DNA of 64,000 bases from Nitrospirota bacterium (lineage in GTDB: Bacteria > JACPQY01): assembly GCA_016180645.1 (NCBI GenBank), contig JACPAV010000006.1, positions 62,001 through 126,000 on the forward strand. Direction: 5' to 3'. A model generated the notes under the pieces. It saw only the letters and a program-made list of their open reading frames with translations, was not told the DNA's origin and did no database searches. The translations under genes were made by a program, and so were the position numbers. Positions 30,128 to 39,039 of the stretch are shown piece by piece (position 1 is the stretch's first letter; each line of letters begins with the position of its first letter).

Positions 30128-30891
30128 CGGCCGAGTACGCCCACGCTCGCACCGACTCCCCAAGGAGTCCGCTCGGCATCATTGAAGGACACGAGCAGCG
30201 ACACCCCTAGATGCCTGGAAAAGTACCGTTGCGCCCTCGCAAGAATGTCAGTGGCGTATCGGAGATCCAGCCGGGGCCCGGGTCCCAGGACGATCACCTG
30301 CCGCCCAAGGGCGCCGCCGATCTCCACGAAATCATCCCCCGATTCGAAGAAGTATCTCGCCGAGCCGGCGCCCCGATATCCGATTTCACCGTGGCTGGGG
30401 TTGGCGAAGGCCCGCCCCCGCAGGTACCAGTTCCCGAGATAGCGGCCGAGGGAAATTCCCGGCATGTTCACTACGCTCTCCTTGAACATCATGTTTCTAT
30501 AACTGGCGGAAACCTCCCAGCCCCCTCCAAAGCCTTGGAACAACTCCGCGTACACATCCGCCGTCGGCATGACGTCGGGATCGAACACCCCCTGGACTCT
30601 GAGATTGCCATAGGCCCGGCTCCAAAGGCCGAAGTAGGAGTCGAGCGCCACTCCCTCATCCCATTTGCCGAATCGGGAGACTCGAAAACCCTCCAAAATC
30701 AGCGAGGCCGGAGCGAACTTCCGCTCGAGGCTACCGGTGAACACGTGCCAGTCGGCTTGATCCTTTTCGAACCGCTGAAACTCGTACCGAGCGGAGGACT
30801 TCCAGGGAAACTCACTCTCACGGGCCAACGTCGAATCGGCTCCGAAGAGGATCGAAACAGCAAATCCCGCCGCGGCCACCCCACCCTTCAT
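30121..30891 (-). CDS. YaiO-family outer-membrane beta-barrel protein
   Basis: Amphipathic strands, terminal Trp, GRYLGNW, SRFGKWDEG; ATG 30891 preferred because the longer ORF translates a repeat. Confidence 0.75.
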   Translation of the reverse strand: MKGGVAAAGFAVSILFGADSTLARESEFPWKSSARYEFQRFEKDQADWHVFTGSLERKFAPASLILEGFRVSRFGKWDEGVALDSYFGLWSRAYGNLRVQGVFDPDVMPTADVYAELFQGFGGGWEVSASYRNMMFKESVVNMPGISLGRYLGNWYLRGRAFANPSHGEIGYRGAGSARYFFESGDDFVEIGGALGRQVIVLGPGPRLDLRYATDILARAQRYFSRHLGVSLLVSFNDAERTPWGVGASVGVLGRW

Positions 30892-30909
30892 CAGGCGCAA
30901 GCGTTCGCA

Positions 30910-31045
30910 CCCACCCCCACCCGAACCCTCCCCCGTCGAGGGGGAGGGGGTAGGCGCAGGCTTTATGCCTGCGTCCGAAGACGCACCCGTAAAGGGTGCG
31001 GCTACCGTCCCTTCCCCCCTTGCGGGGGAAGGTGAGGATGGGGGG
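30910..31045. repeat. Composite repeat: CCCTCCCCC-family element with a nested GTAG REP doublet (30950-31005)
   Basis: Outer arms match 14561 and 19565 copies; inner GTAGGCGCAGGCTTTATGCCTGCG..CGCACCCGTAAAGGGTGCGGCTAC. Confidence 0.85.
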
Positions 31046-31117
31046 TGCTCATCGCGTGCCATCACGCCATCGCCCCCTCCGTTACTCTTCGGGGACGACG
31101 AAAGGTACACCATCCAA

Positions 31118-32542
31118 TCACGCCGTCGCCCTCTCCGTCTCAAAGCCCTTGCGAGCCAGCGTTCCCCAGGTCTTCACCCCCCGGACGGACGAGAGAAATC
31201 CGCGAACCCGCCAGTAGGTCGAGAATTGGCGGTAGCCGAAGTTCTCGGCGAAGGCGAGAAGGAACAACCGAAACAGGTCGCCGGTCTTCGGATACCTCCT
31301 CATTGAGAGTTCCTCCAATCCAACCGCCATGATCGAGAGCGAAACACCGAAGACCACGGCCACCATCAGGAAGGCGAAGACATAGGACGGAGGCGTGTTC
31401 CCCAGGGCCACGGTGCCGATGAACGCCAGATAACCTCCCAGTTCGATCACCGGACCCAACATTTCCAGAAAGAAGAAATACGGGAAAGCGATCAGCCCAA
31501 TTCGCCCGTAACGCGGGTTGAGCAACATTCGTGAATGCCGAAGCAACGAGTCCATTAAGCCCCGCTGCCAGCGATCCCTCTGGCGGGCGAGCTGTTTGAT
31601 CGATTCGGGACATTCCGTCCACGCCACCGGATCGGGAACGAAGGATATCTTGTATTTCATGCCTTTCTCGCGGCAGTACCGGTGCAGGCGTACCACCAGC
31701 TCCATGTCTTCCCCCACCGTATCCGTGGCATAACCGCCCACCTCCACCACGGGCCCGCGCTTGAACAGCCCGAAGGCTCCCGAAATGATCAGGGTGGAAT
31801 CCATCGCATCCCAACCCATGCGTCCCGACAAGAAAGCACGGAGATACTCCAGGACCTGTATCCGGGCCAGGAATTTTCGCGGAAGCCCAACGGAGGTGAC
31901 GCGGCCCTGCACGACCCTGCACCCGTTCACGACACGAATGATCCCCCCGGCGGCGACGGTCGTCGCATCCTCCATGAAGGGGCGGACGATGCGAAGGAGC
32001 CCATCGCGTTCCAGAACGCTGTCGGCGTCCATCGCGCAGTAGAGGGGCGTCCGGCAGAAATTGATGCCGGCGTTCAAGGCATCGGCCTTCCCGCCATTGT
32101 CCTTGTCGATCACCCAAAGATTGGGATGCCGCCGGCTGCGATAGGTACCCCTCACCCGTTTGGTGGGAATTTCGGACGTCGGATACCTCGCGGCGGGAGC
32201 GAGATCGAACGCCTCTTTCATGCGATCCAAGGTGCGATCCCGGGAACCGTCGTTCACCAGCAGGACATCGTAGTCGGAATAGCGGAGCCCGAGAAAGGAC
32301 CGCACCGCATCCACGCAGGTTTTTTCCTCGTTGAACGCGGGCGCGATCAGGGTGATGGGAGGGGGACCCGCCGACGCGATGAGATTTTCGAAATCGAGGG
32401 CCCGCATCCGCTTCGCGTATCGCCGGAGGGCGCCAAAGGCGAATAGGCTGGTGATCAGGTAGGCCGTGTTGAGCAGCACGAAGTACAGGAGGACGATCGC
32501 ATTGATCGCGCCGATCGCCTGCCATATCCGGTGGATGATCAC
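31118..32542 (-). CDS. Processive GT2 glycosyltransferase (PgaC/IcaA-like)
   Basis: PAFNEE, NDGS, NGGKADALNAG, DADS, GEDME, QRDRW; GTG 32542 coupled to the HEAT gene stop. Confidence 0.92.
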   Translation of the reverse strand: MIIHRIWQAIGAINAIVLLYFVLLNTAYLITSLFAFGALRRYAKRMRALDFENLIASAGPPPITLIAPAFNEEKTCVDAVRSFLGLRYSDYDVLLVNDGSRDRTLDRMKEAFDLAPAARYPTSEIPTKRVRGTYRSRRHPNLWVIDKDNGGKADALNAGINFCRTPLYCAMDADSVLERDGLLRIVRPFMEDATTVAAGGIIRVVNGCRVVQGRVTSVGLPRKFLARIQVLEYLRAFLSGRMGWDAMDSTLIISGAFGLFKRGPVVEVGGYATDTVGEDMELVVRLHRYCREKGMKYKISFVPDPVAWTECPESIKQLARQRDRWQRGLMDSLLRHSRMLLNPRYGRIGLIAFPYFFFLEMLGPVIELGGYLAFIGTVALGNTPPSYVFAFLMVAVVFGVSLSIMAVGLEELSMRRYPKTGDLFRLFLLAFAENFGYRQFSTYWRVRGFLSSVRGVKTWGTLARKGFETERATA

Positions 32543-33645
32543 GCGGCCGACTCCAGAATCTGCTGGGCCAGGATGTGTCTCGGATGGCTTGGGGCCTCTG
32601 CGATGGCCTCGAGGATTCCGTCTGCTCCGATCCCCTTCAGCGCGGTGGCCGCCTGGATGGCCACCCAAGGAGACTTGTCCATGAAGGCCCGCCGGAGGAC
32701 GGCCACATCCTCCATGTCACCCAGCCTTCCCAAGGCTCCGATGGCTTGGGCCCGAATGGAAAAGTGACTCGATTTCGCCTGGCGCCGGATGAGGTCAAGG
32801 TGTTCGGGGCGTCCGACCGCGCCCAACAACCGCAGGCACGCGGCCACAAGATCCACACTCTGTTCCGTTTCGATGATCGCCGCGGCCCTTTCCGCCGCCG
32901 AAAATTGATTCAGGCGGAGCAGGGCCTCGGCGGCCACCGAACGAGCGGAGGTTTGCTTTTCGGGGTCTGAGAGAAAGCCTTCGAGTTGCGGGGCCAATTC
33001 CGGCCCCACAGCCGCGAGCATGGCCGCCAGGAAGCCCGGGCTCCAGTCCTCAAAGCGGTGGAGGTGATCCATGATCGCCGTGGCATGACCCACAAACTCT
33101 TTCTGCGCCAAGGCTCGTGCGGCGATCATGGCCACGAGCGGCGAAGGATCGTCAAGGAACTTCAGGACTTCGTCAGCGTACTCGGGAAGTCCGAGGCTGC
33201 TGAGCATCTGAACGGCGCGCGCCCGGTCCTCGGGATCTTTAGACCGGCGCCTACGGGCTATTCGGGCAAGAAACGGATGGGCCAACGAAGATAGGGTGCG
33301 TCGCTCCTCGCCCCGGAATCGGTTCGCGTAGCGCAAGAGGAATTCAAGAAAGTAGTCCCGATCCCAGGGGCGGATCCATTCGGCAAGGAACGCGGTGTGC
33401 CGCCCTCGCCCGACGGCCTCCATCACCCAGGGTTCCCACTCCCGTTCCAGACGAGCCCAGCGTCTGGCCTTGATGTTGTTTCGCAATCGCATCATGACTG
33501 TGAAACCGGCGAACAGGAGGGTCAGTCCAAGGAGGACCAGGACCGATATGCCCAGGTAGAGCAGCACCTTGTCCTGAAGGAAACGGTCCGCCAATACGTC
33601 AAGTCCCATGGGGGCGATCTTCCCAGCAACGCTGGCCGGGAGCAA
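32539..33645 (-). CDS. Membrane-anchored HEAT-repeat protein
   Basis: N-terminal TM; LDDPSPLVAMIAARAL, IRAQAIGALGRLG, DKSPWVAIQAATAL. Confidence 0.85.
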   Translation of the reverse strand: MLPASVAGKIAPMGLDVLADRFLQDKVLLYLGISVLVLLGLTLLFAGFTVMMRLRNNIKARRWARLEREWEPWVMEAVGRGRHTAFLAEWIRPWDRDYFLEFLLRYANRFRGEERRTLSSLAHPFLARIARRRRSKDPEDRARAVQMLSSLGLPEYADEVLKFLDDPSPLVAMIAARALAQKEFVGHATAIMDHLHRFEDWSPGFLAAMLAAVGPELAPQLEGFLSDPEKQTSARSVAAEALLRLNQFSAAERAAAIIETEQSVDLVAACLRLLGAVGRPEHLDLIRRQAKSSHFSIRAQAIGALGRLGDMEDVAVLRRAFMDKSPWVAIQAATALKGIGADGILEAIAEAPSHPRHILAQQILESAA

Positions 33646-33671
33646 CCGGTGGATCCAGTGGGGCAGGCGGG

Positions 33672-35216
33672 TCAGCCGCGCGTCATCTGCCGGCGGATTC
33701 GCGCCACCAGTTCCACGGGAGAGAAGGGTTTGGTGATGGCGTCGTTCGCTCCCAATTCCAGGGCGCGCGACACCGTCCCCTCGCTCCCCAACCCCGCCAA
33801 AAGGACGATCGGAACCTTCCGGAGGAACGGATGGCCGCGAAACCGACTCAACAGTTCCAAACCGTCCATTCCGCGAATCTCAACATCGAGGATGATGAGA
33901 TCGGGCGCAGCCTTCTTGCAAGAATCCAGAGCGACGATTCCCTCCGTGTATGTGGACACTTCAAATCCTTCCCGCTCCAGACGATGCTGGAGCACGGATG
34001 CCACGATGGGATCGTCCTCGACCAGCAGCACCTTCTTGACCTGCAGAGCCGTTCCCTCATCGGAAAAAATCACCCGGTCCCGGCCGGCCCCTTTCGCCGC
34101 GTTCATGAGGCGGATCGCCTCACGGACGACATCCTCCACGCGGTCCCCGGCCCGAACGGGCGTGACCCCCGCGGAGAATGTCGCTTTGAATTTCCCGCCA
34201 TCCCTTGATTGAAATGTGCCCTTGCGAAGATGCTCCAAGGCCTTTTCGAGGGCCCGTGCCGCCCCCTTGCCATCGGTGTCCGGAAAGAGGACGACGAATC
34301 CTTCCCACCCCCAGCGCGCCAGGAGGTCGGACTTCCGAAGCCCCTGGGAGACGACTGCGCTGAAGCGACGAATCACCCCGTTGCCCACGGAGCGCCCGTA
34401 GGATTCGTTGATCAATTGAAGATGATCGAGATCGAGCATCGCCACCGAAACCGGCTCGCGGGTCCGAGCGGCATGCGACTGCGCGCGCTGAAAAGCCTCG
34501 ATAAAGGCCCCCCGGCTCGGCACGCGCGTCAGGGGATCGTAGAGCGATCCGCGAGAAATCTCATCGGCACGTTGGAGGCGCGCGGATACGACGGTGGCCA
34601 AATGCTCCAGATCGAGCGGCTTGGTCAGAACGTCCTCCGCGCCGAGGGCCAGGCATTCCAATCGCGTCCGCCGGTGGGCCGAATCCGAAAGGATCAGCAC
34701 GGGAATCCCAGACGTGGCCGACTCCTCCTTGAGGCGCACAAGGAGGTCTCTGGCGTCGATGTCGGGCAGGAACATTCCGAGAAGAATCAGTTGGATGTTG
34801 GACGAGGCCAGGATCTCACCCGCCCTCGCCGCGGAGTCCGCCGTAACGATTCGACGGCCGGAGGAAGTCAGCCGCTCACGCAGGGCCGCGAGAACGTTCG
34901 GATCCGAATCGACCGCCAGGATGGATTTGCGGCGATCTTCCGGAATACCGTCGACGGTATGGAGCATCGCCAGAATCCGACCGAGGCGATCGGGCATCGC
35001 AGCATCATCGGCTAAAGCCAGGGCTTGAGCCGCATCGGTAATTTCACAGAAGCCGCATTGTGCGCACAGGGAACGGATGGAATTGGCGATACGCCGGATG
35101 GAACCGACGGACTCCACCTCTCCCTTGCCAAGGGCGTCCCGCGCCGCCTCCAGCGCCGCGGCGCGGGCCAGAAGGGCTTCGTGACACCAGTTCTTGAGGT
35201 CGTCCGCTTCCGTCAT
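33672..35216 (-). CDS. Hpt-like/REC/degenerate GGDEF/REC protein
   Basis: Two receiver domains; GGDEF site reads GWEGF with RKSD I-site. Confidence 0.85.
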   Translation of the reverse strand: MTEADDLKNWCHEALLARAAALEAARDALGKGEVESVGSIRRIANSIRSLCAQCGFCEITDAAQALALADDAAMPDRLGRILAMLHTVDGIPEDRRKSILAVDSDPNVLAALRERLTSSGRRIVTADSAARAGEILASSNIQLILLGMFLPDIDARDLLVRLKEESATSGIPVLILSDSAHRRTRLECLALGAEDVLTKPLDLEHLATVVSARLQRADEISRGSLYDPLTRVPSRGAFIEAFQRAQSHAARTREPVSVAMLDLDHLQLINESYGRSVGNGVIRRFSAVVSQGLRKSDLLARWGWEGFVVLFPDTDGKGAARALEKALEHLRKGTFQSRDGGKFKATFSAGVTPVRAGDRVEDVVREAIRLMNAAKGAGRDRVIFSDEGTALQVKKVLLVEDDPIVASVLQHRLEREGFEVSTYTEGIVALDSCKKAAPDLIILDVEIRGMDGLELLSRFRGHPFLRKVPIVLLAGLGSEGTVSRALELGANDAITKPFSPVELVARIRRQMTRG

Positions 35217-35308
35217 GGTCTTGCCGCCGACAGGGTCGGCCTTTGGAGGTTTGGGACGGGACTCCGCGCGCCTACGCAGCGGAGATCTTGGAAGGCGAGG
35301 CGTTCGGA

Positions 35309-36589
35309 TCAGTCATCTCCGCCGCAATCCTTGGCGTTGTTGGTATCCGAGCATGACCCCCCGTGAACCGTGAGGATCCTGAGCCCACCGAGGCCGGAGG
35401 CAACGAACAGCACATTTCCCCGATAGGAGACATGGTTCACCGATTCTTGTTTGGCAAATTGAAGCCGGCCCAGCAGGGGAAGGTCGAATGGGGCATCTGC
35501 ATTGTCCTTCTCAAGGTTGCCGGTCGCCCGTGCCACGTAGACGCCTGCCTCGCCGTTGGAGATGAAGACCAGATCCCCGTGAACGGAAACCGCATTGGTA
35601 ACCACCACGGAGGCATCCAGCCCGGAAACGGTTGGGACCGCCACGCGGGAAAGAATGCTCCCGCTCTTCAGAGCGATCACCTGCGCGCCCTTCGATCCCG
35701 CCGCAACGAAGGCTTTTCCGCCCTTCACAACGACCGTGGATTTGGATTGGGGAATGTCGGCTCCCTCGAAGGGGAAACTCGAAATCAAACCGGCGGACGA
35801 ACGATCCAGCACGGCGAGCCGCCCGTTGGTGCCCTGAACCACCGCAACCTGATCCCCGGCCACGTCCAGCCACCGGGCATCGCTTAGGACGGCGCTGGAC
35901 AGGAGCGAAATGGACTTCGAATCGAAGATGAAAAGCCCGCCCCCATCGCCCGAGGTCGCATAGACACGGCCTCCCTGGACGGCCACGGCCGTTCCGGCGA
36001 AGCTGCTCAGGGCCACCCTCAGATTGTTTTCCAGCCCCAGTTTCCCCTGCGAAGCCGACATGCGCTCCAGCACCGCGGAACTTGTGAACCCGGCATCGCC
36101 GGTGGCCTCCGCGAGGAACACCTCGCCTGACTCGTATGCCACCGCGTTGATGTCGGCGTTCTGGAACACGGCTTGGGAGATCAGCTTGGGTTCTTCGGGC
36201 TTGGTCACGTCAAATACGTTGAGCGCGCCCGCGTACACGTCCCCCTTCACATTGTAGCTCACGAACGCCAGGTGGCCCGAGATGGCCACGGAGGTCGCCT
36301 GGACAGCCTGTCCACCGACCGTGGGGGGGTGCACTTCCGCCACGAGTTTGAGGTCGATGGGTTGGGGGGACGATGGAGCCCGACGAATCGCGCTGGGGTC
36401 CGCCACGCCCTCCACCGGCACGGTCGTATCGGTCAACTGAACCTGATCGCCCAGGCTGGATTCGTCGTTGGTGATTGAAACCCGGCCCTCGGATTTTTCA
36501 TCCGACCCGGAATCCTGGCACCCGGGAGCCAACCCGAACGAAACAATCAGAAGGGCTGCCGAAATTGGGGTGGGCATGAACATCCGCAT
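35309..36589 (-). CDS. LVIVD-like beta-propeller lipoprotein
   Basis: Lipobox-like APGC; FVASGLGGL, FISNGEAGV, FDVTKPEEP repeats. Confidence 0.7.
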   Translation of the reverse strand: MRMFMPTPISAALLIVSFGLAPGCQDSGSDEKSEGRVSITNDESSLGDQVQLTDTTVPVEGVADPSAIRRAPSSPQPIDLKLVAEVHPPTVGGQAVQATSVAISGHLAFVSYNVKGDVYAGALNVFDVTKPEEPKLISQAVFQNADINAVAYESGEVFLAEATGDAGFTSSAVLERMSASQGKLGLENNLRVALSSFAGTAVAVQGGRVYATSGDGGGLFIFDSKSISLLSSAVLSDARWLDVAGDQVAVVQGTNGRLAVLDRSSAGLISSFPFEGADIPQSKSTVVVKGGKAFVAAGSKGAQVIALKSGSILSRVAVPTVSGLDASVVVTNAVSVHGDLVFISNGEAGVYVARATGNLEKDNADAPFDLPLLGRLQFAKQESVNHVSYRGNVLFVASGLGGLRILTVHGGSCSDTNNAKDCGGDD

Positions 36590-36649
36590 TAATGACCTCT
36601 CTTGTCGTGGAAGGCTACCAAAATGCTTGATGAAATGCAATGTCGGGCC

Positions 36650-37774
36650 TCACTTTCGGTCACTGATCTGGGAAAGAAGATGCTCCATCAAGGGGAGGTA
36701 GACATTCCAGAAGAAAACCTCTGGCTTGACCCGTGGGTTCATGGGCAGCAGCCGATAAAAGAACTCAAGGCCCCAGATTTTCCAGGTGAACGGGGCGCCT
36801 TGGATATCGGCAAAATCTCCGGCGAAATAGAAGACCGGAACCTGTCCCTCCATCTTGCGCATCACGGCAGGGAACGAATCGGGAATGCCGGCCTTCAGGA
36901 TCTTCTCCTTCCCCACCTCCGAGACGTTCAACTGATACCGCGCCAGTACAGAGGCGCCAGGCGGGACACGGACGACATCAAACCAATAGAGGTAAGGGAG
37001 CCCGGACTTCGCATCGATTGCGCCGCTGTTCGATTTCTCGATTTCGAACGTCACACCATCACGGGATATGTCGTTCCGCGTCGATAGGACCACCAACCTT
37101 CCATCGTCGTGCACGAAGAGAAGGCCCGGCCCGCTGAAGTTCCACGGTTCTCCGTATTGCCGCTCGTACCCCTGCACGGCCCAGAGGGGAACCTCCCCAC
37201 TTCGATGCAAGTTGTCGAAAATCCGACCAACCCAGCCGGACCATTCCACCCCGAGAGTTTCGGAGAGGATCCTCCGTGCTTCAGCGCCCGTGGGCGTGGC
37301 GAAGGAATTGAACTCCGCGATCAGCGCCGTGCCTTTGCGTACCGCATCCTGAATCTGTCCGGCCTCCTTGACTTCGAGTCCACCATAGAGGAGCGATGAG
37401 AATTTGCCTCGGGTATCTCCCAAGTAGTATTCACTCGCATACACACCGTAGGTGTCCGCGATGTAGAGCAGATCGACCCCCTCAAGCGAGTCCGGCAGCG
37501 ATTGGACACGGAATTTCTTTTCCGGCAAAGGATGGAATCCGGCGTAGTCCCGGTCGTAGGCGAAATCCGAGCCGTCCGGCTTCACGACCTTGAGATGATT
37601 CAGCACCCACATCAGCCCCTTATGCTCGCGATAGCTCGGATCCGGAACCGTTTTGTCGAGGATTACGACGGACAGGGGGCGCGCGTCGGATTGTCTCCAA
37701 ATCAGGTGCGGACCCAAGACCAGCAGCGTGACTGTGGCGAGAAGGAAGAGAGACCACGTTCCGCCCTTTTTCAG
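36650..37774 (-). CDS. Conserved hypothetical exported protein of the GT2 cluster
   Basis: ILDKTVPD..YREH, YIADTYGVY, YFAGDF; track start TTG 37717, CTG 37774 would add a signal/anchor. Confidence 0.7.
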   Translation of the reverse strand: MKKGGTWSLFLLATVTLLVLGPHLIWRQSDARPLSVVILDKTVPDPSYREHKGLMWVLNHLKVVKPDGSDFAYDRDYAGFHPLPEKKFRVQSLPDSLEGVDLLYIADTYGVYASEYYLGDTRGKFSSLLYGGLEVKEAGQIQDAVRKGTALIAEFNSFATPTGAEARRILSETLGVEWSGWVGRIFDNLHRSGEVPLWAVQGYERQYGEPWNFSGPGLLFVHDDGRLVVLSTRNDISRDGVTFEIEKSNSGAIDAKSGLPYLYWFDVVRVPPGASVLARYQLNVSEVGKEKILKAGIPDSFPAVMRKMEGQVPVFYFAGDFADIQGAPFTWKIWGLEFFYRLLPMNPRVKPEVFFWNVYLPLMEHLLSQISDRK

Positions 37775-37781
37775 GGCGGTC

Positions 37782-38735
37782 TTATTTTTTCCTGCCAGCT
37801 TGAACCTTCCCGAGGAGTTCCAGGGCTTCCTGATTCTGGGGATCGAGCTTGAGGACCGTTTCCATCCTGAGCGCCGCTTCTTGCGAATTTCCCTGCCGGA
37901 ACCGCACGTGGCCGAGTCCGATCAGGCCCGATACATTCGCCGGATCGCCTTTGAGCACGGAAGAGAACTGAACGTCCGCCGTCGAAAGATCGTTCTGCCG
38001 CAGAGCCGTGTATCCGAGGCCGAGCTGCCCATCCGTACTTTCCGGTAGATCCTTCAGAGCGGACTCGAAGGCGATGCGAGCGCCCCCCATGTCACCCGTG
38101 TGATAGGCGGCCCAGCCGCGAAGCAGGAACGCAGGCGGCTCCGGGGCGGCTATTCCCGAGAGGGTTTCGATTACCTGCGCATACTTCCGCTCGTCGAATT
38201 CCTGCTGGGCGCGATCCAGGAGTCGGGTGTCTTGCGAACGGTCCCCTTGGCGGATGAGGTAGCTCCCCGACTCCGTACCCCTGGCGTCCAGAAGCGCTTT
38301 CACCCTGGCCACTCGATGGATTCCCAGATAGCAGTGAACATAAACTTTTCCGTCGATCCCGGCGATGCCGGCTGCCGCTTCAGCGGCACGTTGCTCCGCA
38401 TCCGCGCCAAGCGCTTTTCCAAGAATGCTCGCCATGGGGAGATTGATTACCGTTACGCCGTATTTTTCACCCAGCGTTTTCTCGCGTTTCAGCAGCACCG
38501 CCTCATAGGGAACCCTGGGATCGAGAAGGCTGGCGATGGTTTTCACCCCATGGCCTCGAAGGATTTCGAAGTCGCTCTCGACCGGGTACGGCCCGATGAT
38601 GACCTTGCCACCGGTATCGGAAATCTTGCCGCGGAACAGGCTCGTCAATGGATTGTCCGGCGTCAGGAGAATCCAGACCGCCGCGACCCCGAGGAGAACC
38701 CCGGCGCCAATAATTGACCACACCCAACGCTTCAT
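37782..38735 (-). CDS. Protein-tyrosine/dual-specificity phosphatase-like domain fused to TPR repeats
   Basis: N-terminal TM/signal; VYVHCYLGIHR (CX5R); C-terminal TPR helices (LKLDPQNQEA). Confidence 0.75.
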   Translation of the reverse strand: MKRWVWSIIGAGVLLGVAAVWILLTPDNPLTSLFRGKISDTGGKVIIGPYPVESDFEILRGHGVKTIASLLDPRVPYEAVLLKREKTLGEKYGVTVINLPMASILGKALGADAEQRAAEAAAGIAGIDGKVYVHCYLGIHRVARVKALLDARGTESGSYLIRQGDRSQDTRLLDRAQQEFDERKYAQVIETLSGIAAPEPPAFLLRGWAAYHTGDMGGARIAFESALKDLPESTDGQLGLGYTALRQNDLSTADVQFSSVLKGDPANVSGLIGLGHVRFRQGNSQEAALRMETVLKLDPQNQEALELLGKVQAGRKK

Positions 38736-38793
38736 AATTTTTCTCGTTTACCCGGTAGCGCGATGCTTTACAAGAGGAGAAGGTTACGACCGG

Positions 38794-38938
38794 GTGCTTG
38801 AGCCAAGATGGCGATGGCACCGGCTTCCTTGATTGCGGGCAGGATTGCCCGCATGACGAAACCCAGTGCCTGAGCCAGGAAGGCGATGGTATTCGCTTCC
38901 TCTGACGTCGGCAGGATTGCCGACATCAGGAAGCGAAT
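38794..38938. repeat. Two ~72-bp tandem units with GGCAGGATTGCC hairpins downstream of the tRNA
   Basis: Units start 38794 and 38866; hairpins at 38834-38853 and 38891-38938. Confidence 0.7.
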
Positions 38939-39009
38939 GCCGGCGGGCCGGATTGAACGGCCAACCTAGGGCTTATGAGACCCTCGCTCTGCCATTGAGC
39001 TACACCGGC
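38938..39009 (-). tRNA. tRNA with CAT anticodon (elongator Met, or Ile2)
   Basis: GCCGGTG acceptor/CGCCGGC-A, D arm GCTC AATGGCA GAGC, anticodon arm AGGGT CTCATAA GCCCT, T arm GGCCG TTCAATC CGGCC; CCA not encoded. Confidence 0.93.
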
Positions 39010-39039
39010 GACTTAGTTGTTTCGCAAGGTTAGCCGACC

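Noticed and set aside
30892-31143. Long N-terminal extension of the YaiO-like protein
   Set aside because: It is translated repeat sequence; a signal-peptide-like start exists at ATG 30891.
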